Of a stretch of 47,938 bases of DNA, positions 47,574 to 47,938 are shown one piece after another. Under the pieces are notes generated by a model. That model did not search any database, was not told the origin of the DNA, and worked only from the letters and a program-made list of their open reading frames with translations. Made by a program: the position numbers and the translations under genes. Positions within the stretch are counted from its first letter, which is position 1, and each line of letters begins with the position of its first letter. This DNA is from an uncultured Bacilli bacterium (GTDB taxonomy: Bacteria > Bacillota_I > Bacilli_A > RF39 > UBA660): NCBI GenBank assembly GCA_947628725.1, contig CANRAQ010000002.1:1-47938 (forward strand), given 5' to 3'.

Positions 47574-47938
47574 TTAATACCAATCGTGTTTTTCATTTCT
47601 ATCTAAAGCATTTATTTGTTTCATTTCATCTTCAGTTAATTCAAATCCATAAATATCAGTATTTTCTTTAATATGATCTGGATTAGAAGATCCTGGTATT
47701 ACAACAACACCTTTTTGCAAATTCCAACGAAGTATGACTTGTGCTGATGATACATTATGATTATTTGCTATCTTGACTATTGTTTCATTATTTAATAACT
47801 CGCTAGTATGACCTCTTCCTCCAAATGGATACCAACCTTGTACCACAATACCTAAACTTTTAATAAATGGTATAACATCATTTTCTTGATAATATGGATG
47901 AATTTCATTTTGAACAAGAGCAGGAATAATATTTATTT
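47574..47938 (-). CDS. Aldo/keto reductase, C-terminal part (5' end beyond window)
   Basis: The frame stays open to the window edge: ...IIPALVQNEIHPYYQENDVIPFIKSLGIVVQGWYPFGGRG...VIPGSSNPDHIKEN, a typical AKR C-terminus. Confidence 0.85.
   Translation of the reverse strand, partial: INIIPALVQNEIHPYYQENDVIPFIKSLGIVVQGWYPFGGRGHTSELLNNETIVKIANNHNVSSAQVILRWNLQKGVVVIPGSSNPDHIKENTDIYGFELTEDEMKQINALDRNEKHDWY

Overview
Very AT-rich segment (roughly 25-30% G+C by eye) from a low-GC, spore-forming Firmicute, Clostridia/Erysipelotrichia-like. Every convincing gene except one (vanY-like, 6716-7339) is on the minus strand. The backbone is housekeeping: ftsY, ylxM and ffh (with a HerA-like ATPase wedged between ylxM and ffh), a clpC-like gene, cse60, an M23 peptidase, a YgjP-like metallopeptidase, a ttcA-like gene, tRNA-Arg(CCU), a DUF3048 lipoprotein, two SDRs, trxA, an OatA-like acyltransferase and a bile-salt-hydrolase-like gene. 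Four accessory areas stand out. (1) 1-6561 holds a giant ORF that the track omits because it runs off the window. It has a type IV prepilin-like N-terminus and near-identical 528-bp tandem repeats. (2) 7557-11381 is a 3.8-kb element with a large serine recombinase, MazEF, Fic and a deoxyribosyltransferase-like gene. It appears to split a small cotD-like spore-coat gene, and a shared 5-bp core would rejoin the two halves in frame (skin-like intervening element). (3) 24795-26375 encodes a second pilin-like protein with an FGE-sulfatase/C-type-lectin-like C-terminus. It ends in a ~120-nt adenine-depleted, G+C-rich patch that looks like a diversity-generating-retroelement (DGR) variable region. 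I see no RT or template repeat in the window. It is flanked by decayed MutS-I-like and C5-methyltransferase remnants and by the tRNA. (4) 38.3-47.3 kb is a mosaic defence/TA island: Fic, unknown ORFs, ASCH, AbiEii/AbiEi, a DUF5050-like membrane protein and an Abi_2-family protein. It contains ~110-bp direct repeats and related terminator modules. No CRISPR array, rRNA or transposase was seen.
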